Below are positions 62,511-64,000 of a stretch of 64,000 nt of DNA, one piece after another. Each line of letters starts with the position of its first letter. Position 1 is the stretch's first letter. The translations under genes were made by a program, and so were the position numbers. The stretch is from assembly GCA_963719985.1 (NCBI GenBank), contig CAVRDU010000005.1:1619619-1683618 (forward strand), given 5' to 3'. This DNA comes from Candidatus Aminicenantes bacterium. Its GTDB lineage: Bacteria; Acidobacteriota; Aminicenantia; Aminicenantales; Saccharicenantaceae. The notes below the pieces were generated by a model, which worked only from the letters and a program-made list of their open reading frames with translations, ran no database searches and had not been told where the DNA came from.

Positions 62511-64000
62511 TTATTCGATCTTCTTGCGTAGGGCTTCCAATACCCGCGCCGGGGTCATCGGCAGCGTGAACAGCCGGACGCCGATCGCGTCGTGGATCGC
62601 GTTGGCCACGACGGCGCCCATCGTCGTCACGGCCGGCTCGCCGCAGCCCTGAGGCGCGAGGTCCGGGTTGTCGACGAGGACGACCTCGATTCTCGGCAGC
62701 CAGGAGAAGCGGGGGATCTCGTAGGTGTCGTAGTTCTCGCTGAGCACCCGGCCGTTCTTGAAGCGGATCTCTTCGGTGAGCGCGTATCCGAGCCCCATCG
62801 TGACGCAGCCCTCGATCTGCATCCGGGCGCCTTCGGGATTGATGACCTCGCCCGTGTCCTGGGCGCAGACGACGCGAAGGACGCGCACAGCCCCTTTCGC
62901 CTTGTCGACGGCGACCTCGGCCATCGTGGCCACGTAGGTCCCGAGATAGTCGGTGATGGCGACGCCGTAGCCGCGGCCGGTCGGGGCCTTGGCGAAGGCG
63001 CGGCCGAACTTGTCGGCGGCCGCCCGGACGACCTTCTTCATGCGCTCGTCGGCGAGGTTGGCCAGGCGGAAGGAGAGCGGGTCCATCCCCGCCTCTTCGG
63101 CCAGGATGTCGACGTGGCACTCGGTCGAGAAGATGTTGGTGTTGCTCCCGGGACCGCGCCAGGCGCCGGTGCCGAAGGGGTGGGCCCTGACGCCGCCCTC
63201 GCCGCCGCCCCAGCCCCCGCCGTAACCGAGGACGCGCTTGTGTGGGATGTCGTAGACGGGTTGCGAGCTGCGGCTCCCGGCGTGATAGTTCTTATAGTCC
63301 CAGAGGACGATCTTGCCGGCGGCGTCGAGCCCGGCCCGGACATCGTAGACCGCCGCGGGGCGGAAGGTGTCATTGAAGAACTCCTCCTGGCGCGTCCAGG
63401 CGACCTGCACGGGGCGCCCCGAGAGCTTGGCCAGGCGGGCCGCTTCGACGATCTGTCCGCCCTGGTTCTTGCCGCCGAAGCCGCAGCCGACGAAGGGCGT
63501 GCGGACGCGGACGTTCTCGGCGGGGAAGCCGAGCGCGCGCGCGACCTCTTCCTGGGCGCGGAAGGGCGACTGGGTCGAGGCCCAGACCTCCGCCTTGCCG
63601 TCCTTGATCTCGACGACGGCGGTATGCGGCTCCGACGGGGCGTGGGCGACGTAGTGAGCGTAGTAGGAGCGCTCGACCGTCTTCGCTGCGAGCTTCGCGC
63701 CCTCGTCGAGGTCGCCGGCTTCGACGACGGTCTCGGCCCGCGCGGCGACCTTGCGCAGGTGGTCGAAGATCGTGGCGTTGTCGAGCGTCGAGTCCGACGG
63801 CTCGAAGTCGGCCTCGACGAGGGCCAGGGCCTCGGCGGCGAGGTCGGGCTTCTCGTGGAGGACGGCGACGAGGTCGCCGTCGCGGACGACGCGCGCGCCG
63901 GGGGACTTCTCGGCCGCGGCCGTGTCGGCGCTCTTGAGCTTGGCGCCGTGGGCGGGAGGGCGGAGGATCGCCGCGTAGAGCATCCCGGGCGGGCGGACGT
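62511..64000 (-). CDS. Xanthine dehydrogenase family molybdopterin-binding subunit (IorB-like), 5' end outside window
   Basis: HAPSEP, GCGFGGK, WRGPG, QIEG....GLG.AL.E, GCGEP, NAI.DA.GVR...LP.TP. Confidence 0.93.
   Translation of the reverse strand, partial: VRPPGMLYAAILRPPAHGAKLKSADTAAAEKSPGARVVRDGDLVAVLHEKPDLAAEALALVEADFEPSDSTLDNATIFDHLRKVAARAETVVEAGDLDEGAKLAAKTVERSYYAHYVAHAPSEPHTAVVEIKDGKAEVWASTQSPFRAQEEVARALGFPAENVRVRTPFVGCGFGGKNQGGQIVEAARLAKLSGRPVQVAWTRQEEFFNDTFRPAAVYDVRAGLDAAGKIVLWDYKNYHAGSRSSQPVYDIPHKRVLGYGGGWGGGEGGVRAHPFGTGAWRGPGSNTNIFSTECHVDILAEEAGMDPLSFRLANLADERMKKVVRAAADKFGRAFAKAPTGRGYGVAITDYLGTYVATMAEVAVDKAKGAVRVLRVVCAQDTGEVINPEGARMQIEGCVTMGLGYALTEEIRFKNGRVLSENYDTYEIPRFSWLPRIEVVLVDNPDLAPQGCGEPAVTTMGAVVANAIHDAIGVRLFTLPMTPARVLEALRKKIE

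Noticed and set aside
62454-62516. Possible integron attC site
   Set aside because: Core sites fit poorly (TTCTAAC/GTTATTC), the inner arms do not pair and no integrase is present; kept only as a remark in the islet finding.

Overview
High-GC bacterial chromosomal segment with about 50 genes and no rRNA, tRNA, CRISPR array, phage or transposase that I can support. The gene content is rich in secreted peptidases/hydrolases (M28, M55, C69, C59, S41 tricorn, GGT, serine hydrolase), beta-propeller and VWA proteins and outer-membrane beta-barrels. This suggests a diderm, peptide-degrading anaerobe such as Ca. Aminicenantes/Acidobacteriota (inference only). Housekeeping genes include pyk, ettA, ppsR, ogt, plsC and a DAG kinase. 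There is also a sulfatase/anSME cluster, an OmpR-family two-component system and two type II toxin-antitoxin loci. At least nine genes carry frameshifts that are all repaired by deleting inserted bases, so these are probably sequencing errors rather than pseudogenes. Most notable observations: (1) an in-frame MazE-MazF antitoxin-toxin fusion with its own promoter/operator; (2) a dispersed family of GGGG(A/T)CA-tagged short palindromes, one read in frame in a Tat sulfatase N-terminus and a cluster at a gene-truncation breakpoint; (3) a GGT-M14 deacylase fusion; (4) an in-frame amber codon in a methyl-THF methyltransferase next to an MTHFR-like gene, plus a 33-codon UroD/MtaA remnant; (5) four probable leaderless transcripts; (6) a short motif shared by two unrelated antitoxins.
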